Notes under the pieces: model-generated
What the model was told of the DNA's origin: nothing
Seen by the model: only the letters and a program-made list of their open reading frames with translations
The model's database searches: none
Position numbers and translations under genes: made by a program
Shown here: positions 20,068 through 31,343 of the stretch, in pieces
Position numbering within the stretch: the stretch's first letter is position 1
How the letters are laid out: each line of letters opens with the position of its first letter
Assembly (NCBI GenBank): GCA_045640475.1
Contig: JAZUFB010000054.1
Location: 7,067-71,066, forward strand
DNA length: 64,000 nt
From: Clostridia bacterium
Lineage (GTDB): Bacteria > Bacillota > Clostridia > Christensenellales > Aristaeellaceae
Direction of reading: 5' to 3'

Positions 20068-20700
20068 TTATACATCCCAAGCCATGTATTTCTGTTCATC
20101 AGGCAGATAATCAAGTTTGCCATCTGTTACACGGGTGAGTGCTTCCAATACGGAATCATGATCAATATTTCTGGTCAACAAGCTGAAACTAACCGACGAA
20201 GCAAAACGGACATTTTGAATCTGAACAGGCAGGAAAGAAGCCTCGTACTTAAATTTATCCCAAAGTGGATAAGCAACCTCACACTCGTCGATCTGTGTCA
20301 ACTCCATGGAGATGATCTTTGCCGCATCGACCGCGATTTTAACCCCCTGGGTATATGCACGTACAAGTCCACCTGTTCCAAGAAGGACACCGCCGAAGTA
20401 ACGAACGACGACGACAACACAATTGACCAGTTTTTTTGTTTTCAAATAGTCGATCATCGGCATCCCGGCTGTTCCGCCTGGCTCACCATCATCGCTGTAA
20501 CGCATGATTCCGGCATTGGTACCGATCACATAAGCATAACAGTGGTGATTGGCTTCTTTATGTTTCTGTCGGATCGTCTGCAAAAATGCAAGTGCTTCTT
20601 CTTCAGTTTCAACAGGAGAGGCATAACCGATAAAGCGACTCTTATTGATAATAACTTCGTCACTTGCTGAATTTCTCAGCGTCAGATACGAATCCGTCAT
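20068..20700 (-). CDS. yigZ: YigZ/IMPACT family protein
   Basis: [42 protein letters not shown]. Confidence 0.93.
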   Translation of the reverse strand: MTDSYLTLRNSASDEVIINKSRFIGYASPVETEEEALAFLQTIRQKHKEANHHCYAYVIGTNAGIMRYSDDGEPGGTAGMPMIDYLKTKKLVNCVVVVVRYFGGVLLGTGGLVRAYTQGVKIAVDAAKIISMELTQIDECEVAYPLWDKFKYEASFLPVQIQNVRFASSVSFSLLTRNIDHDSVLEALTRVTDGKLDYLPDEQKYMAWDV

Positions 20701-21926
20701 GCCAGAATCACGCGGACAAATCCCTTTTTGCCTTTCTTTAAAATAATGCCATCGGCGCCGATTTTTTCCGCAGTCAGGACTGCCATCACATCGGTTACTT
20801 TATCATCACCAATTGCGACAGCATTCTGTTCAATCTGCTTACGGGCGTCACCCTGGCTCTTGCAAAGGCCACTGCGAACAAGCAGTGTGGAAATTCTTGC
20901 ATCAGCGGACAACTCATCAGCTGTTACGGTCAAAGAGGGGATATTGGCGCTGTCAGCGGCGCCTGCAAACAGACTGGCGGCAGCATCGGCGGCCTTCTTT
21001 GCTTCTTCTTCACCGTGCACCAGCTTCGTGACTTCAAAAGCAAGAGTTTTCTTGGCTTCGTTGATCTCAGATCCTTCGAGAGCGCCCAAGCGACGAACTT
21101 CATCCATCGGAAGGAAGGTCAGCAGAGCGAGGCACTTTTCAACATCCTTATCATCCACATTTCTCCAGTACTGGTAGAACTGGAAAGGTGACGTCTTTTC
21201 AGCATCAAGCCAAAGCGCACCAGCTTCGGTTTTACCCATTTTTCGTCCATCGTGTGTCAAAAGCAGCTGGAAGGTGCATGCAAAGGCCTTTTCATTGTCC
21301 TTGCGACGAACCAGATCCGCGCCGCCCAACATATTGCTCCACTGATCATTACCACCCATTTCCAAACGGCAGCCATAGCGATGGAACAGCTCAAGGAAAT
21401 CGTAGCTCTGCATAAGCATATAGGTGAATTCAAGGAAGGAAAGACCGTTTTCAGTTGCCAGGCGGCTCTTGTAACATTCAGCTGTCAACATCTTGTTTAC
21501 AGTAAACATGGAGCCGATATCGCGCATGAAATCAATGAAATTGAGGTTACGGAGCCAATCTCCATTATTCACGATAATCGCTTTATCATCGGAAAAATCA
21601 AGGAAACGGGACATCTGTTTCTTGATGCAGTCAACATTGTGATCGATGGTTTCCACAGTTAGCATTTTTCTCATGTCGGTTTTTCCCGAAGGATCACCGA
21701 TCATAGCGGTACCGCCACCCATTAATGCAATCGGTTTATGACCGGCGCGTTGCATATGCGCCATAGCCATGATCGGGATATAATGGCCGATATGAAGACT
21801 GTCTGCTGTAGGATCGAAACCAACATAAAAAGTTGTCGGTTCTTTCAGCTGTTCATACAGTTCATCTTCAAAAGTCGTCTGAGCAATAAATCCTCTTTCT
21901 TTCAGGACATCCAGAATATGTTCCAT
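20697..21926 (-). CDS. tyrS: Tyrosine--tRNA ligase
   Basis: [27 protein letters not shown]-terminal S4 domain. Confidence 0.97.
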   Translation of the reverse strand: MEHILDVLKERGFIAQTTFEDELYEQLKEPTTFYVGFDPTADSLHIGHYIPIMAMAHMQRAGHKPIALMGGGTAMIGDPSGKTDMRKMLTVETIDHNVDCIKKQMSRFLDFSDDKAIIVNNGDWLRNLNFIDFMRDIGSMFTVNKMLTAECYKSRLATENGLSFLEFTYMLMQSYDFLELFHRYGCRLEMGGNDQWSNMLGGADLVRRKDNEKAFACTFQLLLTHDGRKMGKTEAGALWLDAEKTSPFQFYQYWRNVDDKDVEKCLALLTFLPMDEVRRLGALEGSEINEAKKTLAFEVTKLVHGEEEAKKAADAAASLFAGAADSANIPSLTVTADELSADARISTLLVRSGLCKSQGDARKQIEQNAVAIGDDKVTDVMAVLTAEKIGADGIILKKGKKGFVRVILA

Positions 21927-21947
21927 AACACAATACCTCCGTTTATT

Positions 21948-23129
21948 TTATTTCATTGATTCTGTAACAATGTTACGAAGTATACCCATACCGGTGCGGA
22001 TCTGTTCTACAGAGCTGTTTGAAAAATTAAGACGAAGCGTGTTCTCATGTTTTCCGTCCACACAGAAATGTGTACCGGGAACATAAGCAACTTTCTTCTC
22101 AACTGCTTTCTGGAGAAGTTCCAGTGCGTCAAGCCCTTCCGGTAATTCAACCCAGATGAAAAGACCGCCTTCGGGTTTGGTCCACTTCGTTCCGGCAGGG
22201 AATTTTTCAAGTTCCTCCAGCATTGTATTCATCTGCGTACGGTAACTGTCACAGATGTGTTCAATATGAGCAGGAAGGACATTATTTCGCAGGAACTGAT
22301 CTACTACCGCCTGTGTCAGGTTGGATGTATGAACATCAGTAGACTGTTTGCCAATGGTACATTTACGGATAATTTCCTGTGTACCGGCCATATAGCCAAC
22401 GCGAATCCCCGGAGAAATGATCTTGCTGAAGGAGCCCATAAACACAACATGTCCGTCCGGATCAAACGACTTAATGGAAGGTAATGGATTCCCGGCATAA
22501 CGGAGATCACGATAGGGATCATCTTCTGCAACAATAAAGTTATAAGTCGCGGCTAATTCAGCGATCTTTTTTCTTCTTTCTGCGGAAAGAGTCTTCCCAG
22601 TTGGATTTTGGAAGGTTGGGATCACGTAGAGCATCTTAGGATGATACTGTTTTGCAAGACTTTCCAGTGAATCCATCAGAATACCTTCATCATCACTGTC
22701 CACAGGAATCAAATTAGCCTGATACAGTTTCATCGTCTGAATATTACCCAAGAACGAGGGATTCTCGACAAGAATCGTATCACCGGGATCAATAAATGCC
22801 TTGCACAAAAGATCCATTGCCTGGGTAGAGCCGGTTACCGGCAGTATAGCCGGTATATCACAACCAAGCATATTCAGAAGATAGCTCTTAAGGCTTTCCA
22901 AAAGGGGAGCGTAACCTTCAGTCGCTCCATACTGAAGAATCGCTTTGCCATTCTCTTTAAGCACTTTAACACAATACTCAGATACCAACTCATCTGGCAG
23001 TGCAGAAGCAGCAGGATTGCCACCGGCAAATGAAATCATGCCGGGTTGGGCAATCACTTTGAAAATCTCACGGATCGCGCTGCCTGAAACCGTGTCAAAA
23101 CGGTGGGCAAACGCAGTTTTCTCGTTCAT
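21948..23129 (-). CDS. PLP-dependent class I/II aminotransferase (probable aromatic aminotransferase)
   Basis: SFAGGNP, PTFQNPTG, EDDPY, SFSKIISPGIRVG (PLP Lys); ATG 23129 with GAGGTG RBS. Confidence 0.88.
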   Translation of the reverse strand: MNEKTAFAHRFDTVSGSAIREIFKVIAQPGMISFAGGNPAASALPDELVSEYCVKVLKENGKAILQYGATEGYAPLLESLKSYLLNMLGCDIPAILPVTGSTQAMDLLCKAFIDPGDTILVENPSFLGNIQTMKLYQANLIPVDSDDEGILMDSLESLAKQYHPKMLYVIPTFQNPTGKTLSAERRKKIAELAATYNFIVAEDDPYRDLRYAGNPLPSIKSFDPDGHVVFMGSFSKIISPGIRVGYMAGTQEIIRKCTIGKQSTDVHTSNLTQAVVDQFLRNNVLPAHIEHICDSYRTQMNTMLEELEKFPAGTKWTKPEGGLFIWVELPEGLDALELLQKAVEKKVAYVPGTHFCVDGKHENTLRLNFSNSSVEQIRTGMGILRNIVTESMK

Positions 23130-23143
23130 AACGATCACCTCAT

Positions 23144-23411
23144 AAAAAAAATAAGCCGGAGAAAAACTCTCCGGAAGGCGGCATGACCGCGGTACCACTC
23201 CCATTGGTCCACAAAAGGACCCACTCAACAGGCGCATCGGGACAGATACGCCTTGGAGCTATAACCGGCTCACCGGGTGAAGCCTACCGGGGATGTCGTT
23301 TCCTTTCGGTCCACTGCTCAAGGATGTATTTCATTTGCGTTGCTGTTTCCTCACACCACCCGGAAACTCTCTGAAAGGCAACTGGTCAAACTACTTCTTC
23401 CCATCATTGCA
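23144..23411 (-). promoter_or_regulatory. T-box riboswitch, Tyr specifier (UAC)
   Basis: Minus strand: kink-turn GCAATGA..GAGC, AGTA, AGAGA and GGTGTGA, GAAA-TAC-A at 23328-23326, T-box GAGTGGTACCGCG, terminator with U-tract; upstream of aminotransferase-tyrS. Confidence 0.95.
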
Positions 23412-23553
23412 AAATGAGGTTATAACAAAAATCAAAGCTTGTCAAGCAATATTTGGTCTTTTGTTCTGCCAACACTCTTTCACATCAAAAAGGAAACCAA
23501 ATGAAAGAAAGATAAGCCACAGTACGCACACTTTTACCGTAAAAGGGCAAGTA

Positions 23554-23582
23554 TTGCAAGTTTCCCTCAAATCAGATATAAT
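23554..23582 (+). promoter_or_regulatory. sigmaA promoter for yloU-fakA-recG
   Basis: TTGCAA-17 nt-TATAAT. Confidence 0.7.
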
Positions 23583-23642
23583 ACACTATGAGTCTGTCTG
23601 TATATACAGAGAGGCAACCGCGGTGCAAGGAGGTCAATACAG

Positions 23643-23993
23643 ATGGAGTGCAAGATCACAAACGATCTGGGAACCATATTTATTTCAGACGATGTTATGC
23701 TCAAAGTTGCCGGATACGCCGCTCTTGAATGCTACGGAATCGTAGCCATGTCGAGCAAAAGAGCCAAGGATGGTTTGGTCGAATGGCTTGGCCGCGAAAA
23801 CTTGACTAAAGGTATTCAGATCCGTAATGTTGGAGACAAATTGGACATCGATCTGTTTATTATTGTTGAGTATGGCATTTCAATCTCTGAAGTCTGTAAA
23901 ACCATCGTGGAAACTGTTCGCTATAAATTAGAAAGCATGACCGGCATTAAAGTCCGTAACGTCAATATTTCTGTCGAAGGCATGCGGATCTGA
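23643..23993 (+). CDS. Asp23/Gls24 family protein (YloU-like)
   Basis: GYAALECYGIVAM, DLFIIVEYG, VNISVEG; directly upstream of DAK2 gene. Confidence 0.9.
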   Translation: MECKITNDLGTIFISDDVMLKVAGYAALECYGIVAMSSKRAKDGLVEWLGRENLTKGIQIRNVGDKLDIDLFIIVEYGISISEVCKTIVETVRYKLESMTGIKVRNVNISVEGMRI

Positions 23994-24050
23994 TCTTTCT
24001 GATTAGGTCCATGTCTGTTGACAATGAATATAAAGATGGGGGATAAATCC

Positions 24051-25742
24051 TTGATACAGTTCAAAACAATTGACGGTCTGCTGCTTCGTGACATGGTTAT
24101 CGCCGGCACAGCCCTGCTGGAAAAAAACCGTGAGATCGTAGATGCACTGAATGTATTTCCCGTCCCGGATGGGGATACCGGCACCAACATGTCTCTGACC
24201 ATGCAAAGTGCCACCAAAGAAGTCAGCAGCAAAGAATATCTTCGTGCAGACGAGGCCGCCAGTGCACTTGCAAAAGGTGCTTTAAAAGGAGCACGCGGTA
24301 ATTCCGGCGTAATTACTTCACAATTGTTCAGAGGATTTGCAAAAGAATTATCCGGTTGTGAAAAGATTACGCCTGTTCAGTTTGCTGCCGCCTTGACCAA
24401 GGGAGCGGAAATGGCATACAAAGCTGTCATGAAGCCCAAGGAAGGTACCATTCTGACCGTTGCCCGTGTGATTGCTGAAGATGCCGCAAAACAAGTGCAA
24501 AAAGATCCTGAAGATTATGACGCGCTGATCAATGTCATGTTGAAAAGTGGCGAAAGCATCCTCAAAAAGACGACTGATATGCTTCCCGCGTTAAAAGAAG
24601 CCGGCGTCGTTGACTCCGGCGGGCGCGGACTTCTGTATATCTATCAGGGATATGCAGCAGTCCTTCGGGGAGAAGATATCAATTCTTTTGATGCTGATTC
24701 TGAAGACGAGGATGCAACCACAGAAGATGATTGTCACGATCTGACCCAGGATCTGACCTATAGTTATTGTCTGGAATTTGAGCTTAACAGATTCAGAGAT
24801 GATTGTGACGAGCACGATATCGACAGTTTCCGGAGAAGATTGAACCGAATCGGTGACTGTGTCAAAGTAACCGGTGATCTGAACGGTGTACAGGTTCATG
24901 TACATACTAACAACCCCGGTACGGCCATTGAATACGGTGTCGAAATTGCAGAAATGCAAAACCTGAAGTTGGACAACATGGCCGCCCGTAAACGGGAATT
25001 AGAAGCAGTTAACCAACCTGAAGCAACAGAAACCGCAGAGAGTGTTGATCCTATTGACGAAAACACTATCGAGGAAGCAGATCTGAATGAATACGGTATG
25101 GTTGCCGTGTCCCTTGGAGACGGTTTCAGCCAGATCTTTAAAGATTTAGCGGTTGATCTGATCGTAGAAGGCGGTCAAACCATGAACCCCTCGGTCGATG
25201 ATATCCTGCAGGCGATCCAGCAGGTGAAGGCTAAAAATGTATTCGTTTACCCAAACAACGGAAATGTGATTTTTGCGGCCAATCAAGCTGCTGAATTAAG
25301 CGATAAGAATGTCATCGTCATCCCGACCAAGAATGTTGCAATGGGAATAGCCGCGGTGATTGCTTTCCAGGCAGATTCCTCTCCTGAGGATAATGCTGCA
25401 CGTATGACTGAAGCAAGTGAACATGTTAAGACCGGTACAGTAACTTACGCAATCCGCAACAGTGAATGTAACGGCGTCGAGATCCGCGAGGGGGACTATA
25501 TTGGTCTGCATAACGGTAAGATCGAATTCTCCGGCGAGGATCTTCACACAGTTGTAACCGATATGATGAAATCAATCATCACAGAAGAGGATGAATTGAT
25601 TACGATCTATTATGGTTCTGATGTGGATGAAGATACTGCTGTTGCTCTGCAAAATGAAATGCAGGATGCCTATCCGGACTGTGATGTCGAATGTATGGCC
25701 GGAGGACAGCCCTTGTATTATTACCTGATTGCAGTCGAATAA
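24051..25742 (+). CDS. fakA: DAK2-domain fatty acid kinase subunit A (YloV)
   Basis: LNVFPVPDGDTGTNM, GARGNSG, KPKEGTILTV, VHVHT, GGQTMNPS, GGQPLY; ORF open from 24018. Confidence 0.92.
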   Translation: MIQFKTIDGLLLRDMVIAGTALLEKNREIVDALNVFPVPDGDTGTNMSLTMQSATKEVSSKEYLRADEAASALAKGALKGARGNSGVITSQLFRGFAKELSGCEKITPVQFAAALTKGAEMAYKAVMKPKEGTILTVARVIAEDAAKQVQKDPEDYDALINVMLKSGESILKKTTDMLPALKEAGVVDSGGRGLLYIYQGYAAVLRGEDINSFDADSEDEDATTEDDCHDLTQDLTYSYCLEFELNRFRDDCDEHDIDSFRRRLNRIGDCVKVTGDLNGVQVHVHTNNPGTAIEYGVEIAEMQNLKLDNMAARKRELEAVNQPEATETAESVDPIDENTIEEADLNEYGMVAVSLGDGFSQIFKDLAVDLIVEGGQTMNPSVDDILQAIQQVKAKNVFVYPNNGNVIFAANQAAELSDKNVIVIPTKNVAMGIAAVIAFQADSSPEDNAARMTEASEHVKTGTVTYAIRNSECNGVEIREGDYIGLHNGKIEFSGEDLHTVVTDMMKSIITEEDELITIYYGSDVDEDTAVALQNEMQDAYPDCDVECMAGGQPLYYYLIAVE

Positions 25743-25776
25743 CGATTATTAGAAGAATTTGTTTAAGAGGAGCGTT

Positions 25777-27801
25777 ATGGAACTTTCCTCAATCAAAGGA
25801 ATAGGACCGACCAGGCTTGATTCGCTACGCGCAGTGGGCATATGCTCATTGCGCGATTTGTTGTATACCCTTCCTGTACGATACGAAGACCATCATACAC
25901 GCACCTCTGTTTGTGATGTATATTTGCAAGCCGATCATTCCAAAGGCATCCTGATTGAAGGAAGCTTTTCTCAAAAGTTGAGTCTTTCACGATTTCACGG
26001 ATTTACAAAAATATTCGGAAATTTCGCTGACAATACAGGGAAGATCCGTGTGTGCTGGTATAATCAACCCTGGCTTGTTCAACAGATCCAGCCCGGTATC
26101 TCAATCAGGCTCTATGGCAAAATAACTGAGAAAAAAGGAACAATGACTTTACAAAACCCCTCGATCATACAGGATGACAGCGGTTTTGAGCCAATATACC
26201 GAAGCATAGGCGGCATTACCGCAAAAACGTTCCGAAAGCTGATCAATGAAGCCATTTCCTATATAGATGAGTGTTGTCCTGAAACAATACCGGAGTCGAT
26301 TCTTCAATCACATCATCTTTGTGATCTGAAAACAGCGATCCGGCAAGTTCATTTCCCTGAAAATGAAAGGAATATCTTGCTTGCCAGAAGAAGACTCACT
26401 TTTGAGAAAGCCCTTTTGTTTCAGGCGAGCATTCGCATGCTTGGTCAGAAGAAAGAAGCTGCAAGGCCCATACAAAGCACAAATTCGACCGCTGAAGATT
26501 TCTGGTCTCTGTTACCTTATTCTCCAACAAACGCGCAAAAACGTGTACTGAATGAAATACTGCATGATATCAGCAGCAAAACAGCTATGAGTCGTATGGT
26601 GCAGGGCGATGTAGGATGCGGAAAAACAGTGATCGCATTTGGCGCTATTTTTGCCACATGCCGTCACGGTTTTCAAGCCGCAATGATGGCACCAACGGAG
26701 ATCCTTGCTACCCAACATTATCAGAATGCTCTTTCCATACTTGAGCCCGTCGGCATCTCATGCAGATTGCTGACGGGATCAACCAAAGTCGCTGAGCGCA
26801 AAAAAATTCTGAATGAGCTGGCCACTGGTGAATGTCAGGTCATCTTTGGAACGCATGCTCTGATCAGCCGCAATGTGGTTTATCATCGTTTAGGATTAGT
26901 CATCACGGATGAACAACATCGATTTGGTGTCCGTCAGCGCTCCGAACTTCAAAACAAAGGTAAACAGGATACTTATGTGCCTCATGTATTAGTTATGTCT
27001 GCCACGCCGATTCCAAGAACGCTTGCTCTGATTCTATATGGAGATCTCGATATCTCCATTGTCGATGAGTTGCCACCCGGCAGGATCCCAGTTCGAACCA
27101 GACTTGTCCCCGAAAGCAAGAAATCGGATATGTATCAGTTTGCAAAACAGAAGATTGCAGAAGGGCAACAGGTATATATCGTTTATCCGCTTGTTGAGGA
27201 CAGTGAAGAAGCGGATGATCTGCTTTCTGCCACCAGCCAGTACGAAGATATGAAAGACACTGTTTTCCGCGGGATCACGACAGGACTTGTCCATGGTGAC
27301 ATGAAAGAAGCAGAAAAAAATCAAACCCTTGAATTATTCCGTGAAGGGAAGATCAGCGTTTTATTTTCCACGACAGTCATCGAAGTAGGAGTCAATGTAC
27401 CGAACGCCAGTATCATGATCATCGAAAATGCCGAGCGTTTCGGTCTGAGTCAGCTTCATCAGTTACGTGGGCGTGTCGGCAGAGGATGTAAAGAAAGTTG
27501 GTGTTTTCTATCCGCGGAACCCACTGAAAAGTTAAAGACCTTTTGTTCAACAAATGATGGTTTTGTGATTGCGCAGAAGGATCTTGAACTCCGTGGCCCC
27601 GGTGAATTGACAGGGACACGCCAAAGCGGTACCGGTATCGAATCAGTATTGGTTGGAATGGATGTCAACATTCTTGAAGAGACCGAAAAACTTTTGAATG
27701 ATTTGATGAAAGATCCCGACAGGGAAGAAGAAAGGCTCTTCCTGATGCACTCGGCCTCATTGTTTTACAACGATCTGGTTTCCAATATTGCTATGAACTG
27801 A
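25777..27801 (+). CDS. recG: ATP-dependent DNA helicase RecG
   Basis: QGDVGCGKT, DEQHRFGV, MSATPIPR, QLHQLRGRVGRG, DLELRGPG. Confidence 0.96.
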   Translation: MELSSIKGIGPTRLDSLRAVGICSLRDLLYTLPVRYEDHHTRTSVCDVYLQADHSKGILIEGSFSQKLSLSRFHGFTKIFGNFADNTGKIRVCWYNQPWLVQQIQPGISIRLYGKITEKKGTMTLQNPSIIQDDSGFEPIYRSIGGITAKTFRKLINEAISYIDECCPETIPESILQSHHLCDLKTAIRQVHFPENERNILLARRRLTFEKALLFQASIRMLGQKKEAARPIQSTNSTAEDFWSLLPYSPTNAQKRVLNEILHDISSKTAMSRMVQGDVGCGKTVIAFGAIFATCRHGFQAAMMAPTEILATQHYQNALSILEPVGISCRLLTGSTKVAERKKILNELATGECQVIFGTHALISRNVVYHRLGLVITDEQHRFGVRQRSELQNKGKQDTYVPHVLVMSATPIPRTLALILYGDLDISIVDELPPGRIPVRTRLVPESKKSDMYQFAKQKIAEGQQVYIVYPLVEDSEEADDLLSATSQYEDMKDTVFRGITTGLVHGDMKEAEKNQTLELFREGKISVLFSTTVIEVGVNVPNASIMIIENAERFGLSQLHQLRGRVGRGCKESWCFLSAEPTEKLKTFCSTNDGFVIAQKDLELRGPGELTGTRQSGTGIESVLVGMDVNILEETEKLLNDLMKDPDREEERLFLMHSASLFYNDLVSNIAMN

Positions 27802-27817
27802 CCCATCACATAAAACG

Positions 27818-27843
27818 AACGGGACCCGGATCCGGGTCCCGTT
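27818..27843. terminator. Perfect 26-bp palindrome between convergent recG/hemW
   Basis: AACGGGACCCGGATCCGGGTCCCGTT is its own reverse complement. Confidence 0.7.
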
Positions 27844-27849
27844 ATTCCT

Positions 27850-29001
27850 CTACTGCATAAATTCAACCAATACTGTATTTTGTATATCCATTCCTGTATC
27901 TGTCAGTTTCCAGGATCCATCTTCAAAATACATCAGGCCTCTTTTTTTTAATTCTTCAAGCACACGCGGGTAAGTGTCCGACAATGTCACACCATGAAGG
28001 CTTTTGAAAAACTGATCATTTACTCCCTGCGTCATACGCAGTCCAAGCATAACGGTTTCAAACCGGGCTTCTGCTGAATCGATCAATTCACATTCAAGTT
28101 GAACATTCTCGTTTCTTACATACTTTTCATAGTCGTCAAAACCAATTGGATTAGATTTTCTGAAATAACGGATCCCATCAGACATCCTTTGGATCTTTGA
28201 CATGGAAGCAGCCGCCAATCCGAGCCCAATATACGGCTTCATGGTCCAGTAACCAATATTATGTTTGCATTCCATGCCAGGCCTTGAAAAATTGGATACT
28301 TCGTATTGAACATATCCATTTGTTAAAAGAACATCTTTCGTCATATAGTACATTTCTCTTTCTTCTTCCGATTCCGGCAGAAGTAATCGACCTTCATCAA
28401 GATCCTTTTTTATAGGGGTACCTTCTTCCGGAATCAATCCATAACATGACAGGTGAGAAGGTCCCATTGATAGCGCAACAGAAAGCGTATCGGACCAGTC
28501 CTGTTTTGTTTGTTGTGGAATGCCAAACATCAAGTCCAGATTGTAATTCCGTATGTTCTTTTTTTGGAAAAGCGATACTGTTTTTTCGACCTCGTTCAGG
28601 CGATGGATCCGCCCTAGCAGTTCCAGGACATGAGCCTGTGCGGCCTGCATACCCAGTGAAAAACGATTGACACCATTCGAGAGACAAATATCGAGCCATT
28701 CTTCACGCACGGTACCCGGATTGGCTTCGACCGTGATTTCGGCATCAGGCTGTATCTTGAAAACAGACCGCAATCCTTCCCAAAGTCTTCTGGTTAGGTC
28801 ATCCGGTAAAAGGGAAGGTGTTCCTCCGCCAATATAGACCGTTTCAATCTCAGGAAATTGATTCTCCTGATTTGATTTTTCCGCTTCCAGTAATAGATTC
28901 CGGATATAATCTGACATAACAGACTTTTCCGCTTGAAAAGAAACAAAATCACAATATCGGCATTTTCTTACGCAAAACGGAATATGAACATATAGCTCCA
29001 T
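27850..29001 (-). CDS. hemW: Radical SAM heme chaperone HemW
   Basis: YVHIPFCVRKCRYCDF, GGGTPS, YEVSNF, HNIGYW; near lepA. Confidence 0.92.
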   Translation of the reverse strand: MELYVHIPFCVRKCRYCDFVSFQAEKSVMSDYIRNLLLEAEKSNQENQFPEIETVYIGGGTPSLLPDDLTRRLWEGLRSVFKIQPDAEITVEANPGTVREEWLDICLSNGVNRFSLGMQAAQAHVLELLGRIHRLNEVEKTVSLFQKKNIRNYNLDLMFGIPQQTKQDWSDTLSVALSMGPSHLSCYGLIPEEGTPIKKDLDEGRLLLPESEEEREMYYMTKDVLLTNGYVQYEVSNFSRPGMECKHNIGYWTMKPYIGLGLAAASMSKIQRMSDGIRYFRKSNPIGFDDYEKYVRNENVQLECELIDSAEARFETVMLGLRMTQGVNDQFFKSLHGVTLSDTYPRVLEELKKRGLMYFEDGSWKLTDTGMDIQNTVLVEFMQ

Positions 29002-29005
29002 GATG

Positions 29006-29506
29006 TTATTTCTCCATGGCTACATTGATAATCTGAACAGATTGTTTTAGAGCATATTTGACCGTATTCATGGTTCCGCCGCCATTCATCGAAGTAAGCC
29101 ATGCAATACAAAGCGATGATCGGTCAACCATGAACATATTCCTTGTCTGCATACAACCGCGTGTATATTGATCCGCGAGGATCCGTACTTCATCGGCTTC
29201 TGAAAAGATCTGATGATAAATTTCTTTGTCCTTGGCACTCCAGGCATTACTTTGTGTACTGCAGGGGATAGCGAGCAAGAGTTGGAGATCAGGATGCGTT
29301 TTTCTGTATTCCAACACGGATATCGCTGCAAGCGTATCAAATCCCAAAGCGCCTCCGCAAATAAACCTGTCATAGCCTTTATCGATTGCTCTGGCTATCA
29401 CAGACGCAAGCCCTTTCATTACTTTCGGCACAAGTTCATCCGGAATATCGCGATGTCCCGTAAAGCATGCAGTATGACTTGTTTCGTTCAGCCACGGATC
29501 CGGCAT
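29006..29506 (-). CDS. SLOG superfamily DUF1273/YpsA-like protein
   Basis: CFTGHR, GGALGFD, RNMFMVD, GGT..TV.YA. Confidence 0.82.
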   Translation of the reverse strand: MPDPWLNETSHTACFTGHRDIPDELVPKVMKGLASVIARAIDKGYDRFICGGALGFDTLAAISVLEYRKTHPDLQLLLAIPCSTQSNAWSAKDKEIYHQIFSEADEVRILADQYTRGCMQTRNMFMVDRSSLCIAWLTSMNGGGTMNTVKYALKQSVQIINVAMEK

Positions 29507-29526
29507 GGGTTTGCCCTTCCTTTCTG

Positions 29527-31326
29527 TCAGGAGTCGATTTTAAGAACAGCGAGGAATGCTTCGCTGGGCACTTGTACAGTACCAAACTGGCGCATACGCT
29601 TTTTGCCCTCTTTTTGCTTTTCAAGCAACTTCTTTTTGCGTGTAATGTCTCCGCCATAGCACTTGGCAAGCACATCTTTACGAATGGCTTTCACAGTTTC
29701 ACGTGCGATAACCTTACCGCCAATAGCGGCCTGGATCGGAATTTCAAATTGTTGTCTTGGAATAACATCTTTCAGTTTTTCAGCTATGCCACGTCCACGC
29801 GCATAAGCTTTTTCACGATGCACAATGATTGAAAAAGCATCACAGATCTCACCATTGAGAAGCATATCCAGTTTGACAAGGTCTGATTCACGGTAGTCTT
29901 TGAGTTCATAGTCAAAAGATGCATAACCACGGCTACGGCTTTTGATCTGATCAAAGAAGTCAAAAATGATTTCATTGAGCGGCATTTCATAGTTGAGCTT
30001 AACACGACTGCCCTCATATTGCATATCGATAAATATCCCGCGTTTATCCTGGCAAAGATCCATCAGCGTTCCGACAGAATCCTGCGGGGTATAGATGACC
30101 GCATGCACATAAGGTTCTTCAATGTGATCGATTTCAGCCAGCGGCGGCAGATTGGTGGGGTTGTCAATGCTGATCTCTTCACCGTTTGTTTTCACGATAT
30201 GATAGATAACACTTGGAGCTGTAGTTACCAAATTCAGATCCCATTCACGTTCCAGACGTGTGGTGATAATATCCATGTGCAGTAATCCAAGGAAACCACA
30301 ACGGAAGCCGTAGCCCAAAGCTACAGAAGTCTCCGGTTCAAACGAAAGGGAGGCGTCGTTCATTCTCAGCTTTTCAAGCGCGTCCTTCAGTGCCGGATAA
30401 TCAGCTCCATCCGCAGGATAAATGCCGCAGTATACCATGGGGGTGACGTGCTTATAACCGGGAAGCGGTTCATCTGCAGGCGCGTTTGCATCGGTAATGG
30501 TATCGCCAACACGGGTGTCACGAACATCTTTGATCGATGCCGATACATAACCGACATCACCCGCTTTCAGACAATCACAAGGTTTATATCCGGGCGCAAA
30601 CGTACCAACTTCAACAATATCAAATTCACCGCCAGTGGCCATCAGACGCATACGCATGCCAGCCCGTACAGTGCCTTCTTTTACACGGATGAAGCAGATC
30701 GCGCCACGATAGTTATCGTAGAAAGCATCAAAAATCAATGCTTGAAGAGGCGCATCCGGATTTCCGACAGGTGCCGGAACATAGTGGCAGATTGCTTCCA
30801 GAACATCCTGAATATTCAATCCAGTCTTGGCGGAAACGCAAGGCGCGTAAGAGGCATCCAAACCGATCACATCTTCGATTTCCTTGCGCACTTCTTCGGG
30901 TCTGGCGGAAGGAAGGTCGATCTTGTTGATCACGGGAATGATCTCCAGATCATGTTCAAGAGCCATATAGACATTGGCCAAAGTCTGTGCTTCGATACCT
31001 TGTGTTGAGTCCACAACAAGCAGTGCACCCTCACAAGCAGCTAACGCACGGCTGACTTCATAGGTAAAGTCAACATGACCGGGTGTATCGATCAGATTCA
31101 ACGTATAGATCTCACCGTCTTTTGCGGTATATTTCATGTGTACCGCTTTGCTCTTGATGGTGATTCCACGTTCACGTTCCAGCTCCATACTGTCCAGGAT
31201 CTGCTCGACCATTTCACGTTGCTCAAAAACACCGGTCATCTCCAGGATGCGATCCGCCAGCGTGCTTTTCCCATGATCGATATGTGCAATGATACAAAAA
31301 TTACGAATGTGCTGCATTTCAGACAA
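29527..31326 (-). CDS. lepA: Elongation factor 4
   Basis: [38 protein letters not shown]. Confidence 0.98.
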   Translation of the reverse strand: MSEMQHIRNFCIIAHIDHGKSTLADRILEMTGVFEQREMVEQILDSMELERERGITIKSKAVHMKYTAKDGEIYTLNLIDTPGHVDFTYEVSRALAACEGALLVVDSTQGIEAQTLANVYMALEHDLEIIPVINKIDLPSARPEEVRKEIEDVIGLDASYAPCVSAKTGLNIQDVLEAICHYVPAPVGNPDAPLQALIFDAFYDNYRGAICFIRVKEGTVRAGMRMRLMATGGEFDIVEVGTFAPGYKPCDCLKAGDVGYVSASIKDVRDTRVGDTITDANAPADEPLPGYKHVTPMVYCGIYPADGADYPALKDALEKLRMNDASLSFEPETSVALGYGFRCGFLGLLHMDIITTRLEREWDLNLVTTAPSVIYHIVKTNGEEISIDNPTNLPPLAEIDHIEEPYVHAVIYTPQDSVGTLMDLCQDKRGIFIDMQYEGSRVKLNYEMPLNEIIFDFFDQIKSRSRGYASFDYELKDYRESDLVKLDMLLNGEICDAFSIIVHREKAYARGRGIAEKLKDVIPRQQFEIPIQAAIGGKVIARETVKAIRKDVLAKCYGGDITRKKKLLEKQKEGKKRMRQFGTVQVPSEAFLAVLKIDS

Positions 31327-31343
31327 TGTTATCCCTCCGGAAT

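Noticed and set aside
23130-23745. N-terminal extension of the aminotransferase ORF and short + strand ORFs
   Set aside because: The region is the T-box leader and promoters; the real start is 23129
27818-27843. Perfect 26-bp palindrome as a recombination site or REP element
   Set aside because: Single copy between convergent genes; most simply a bidirectional terminator
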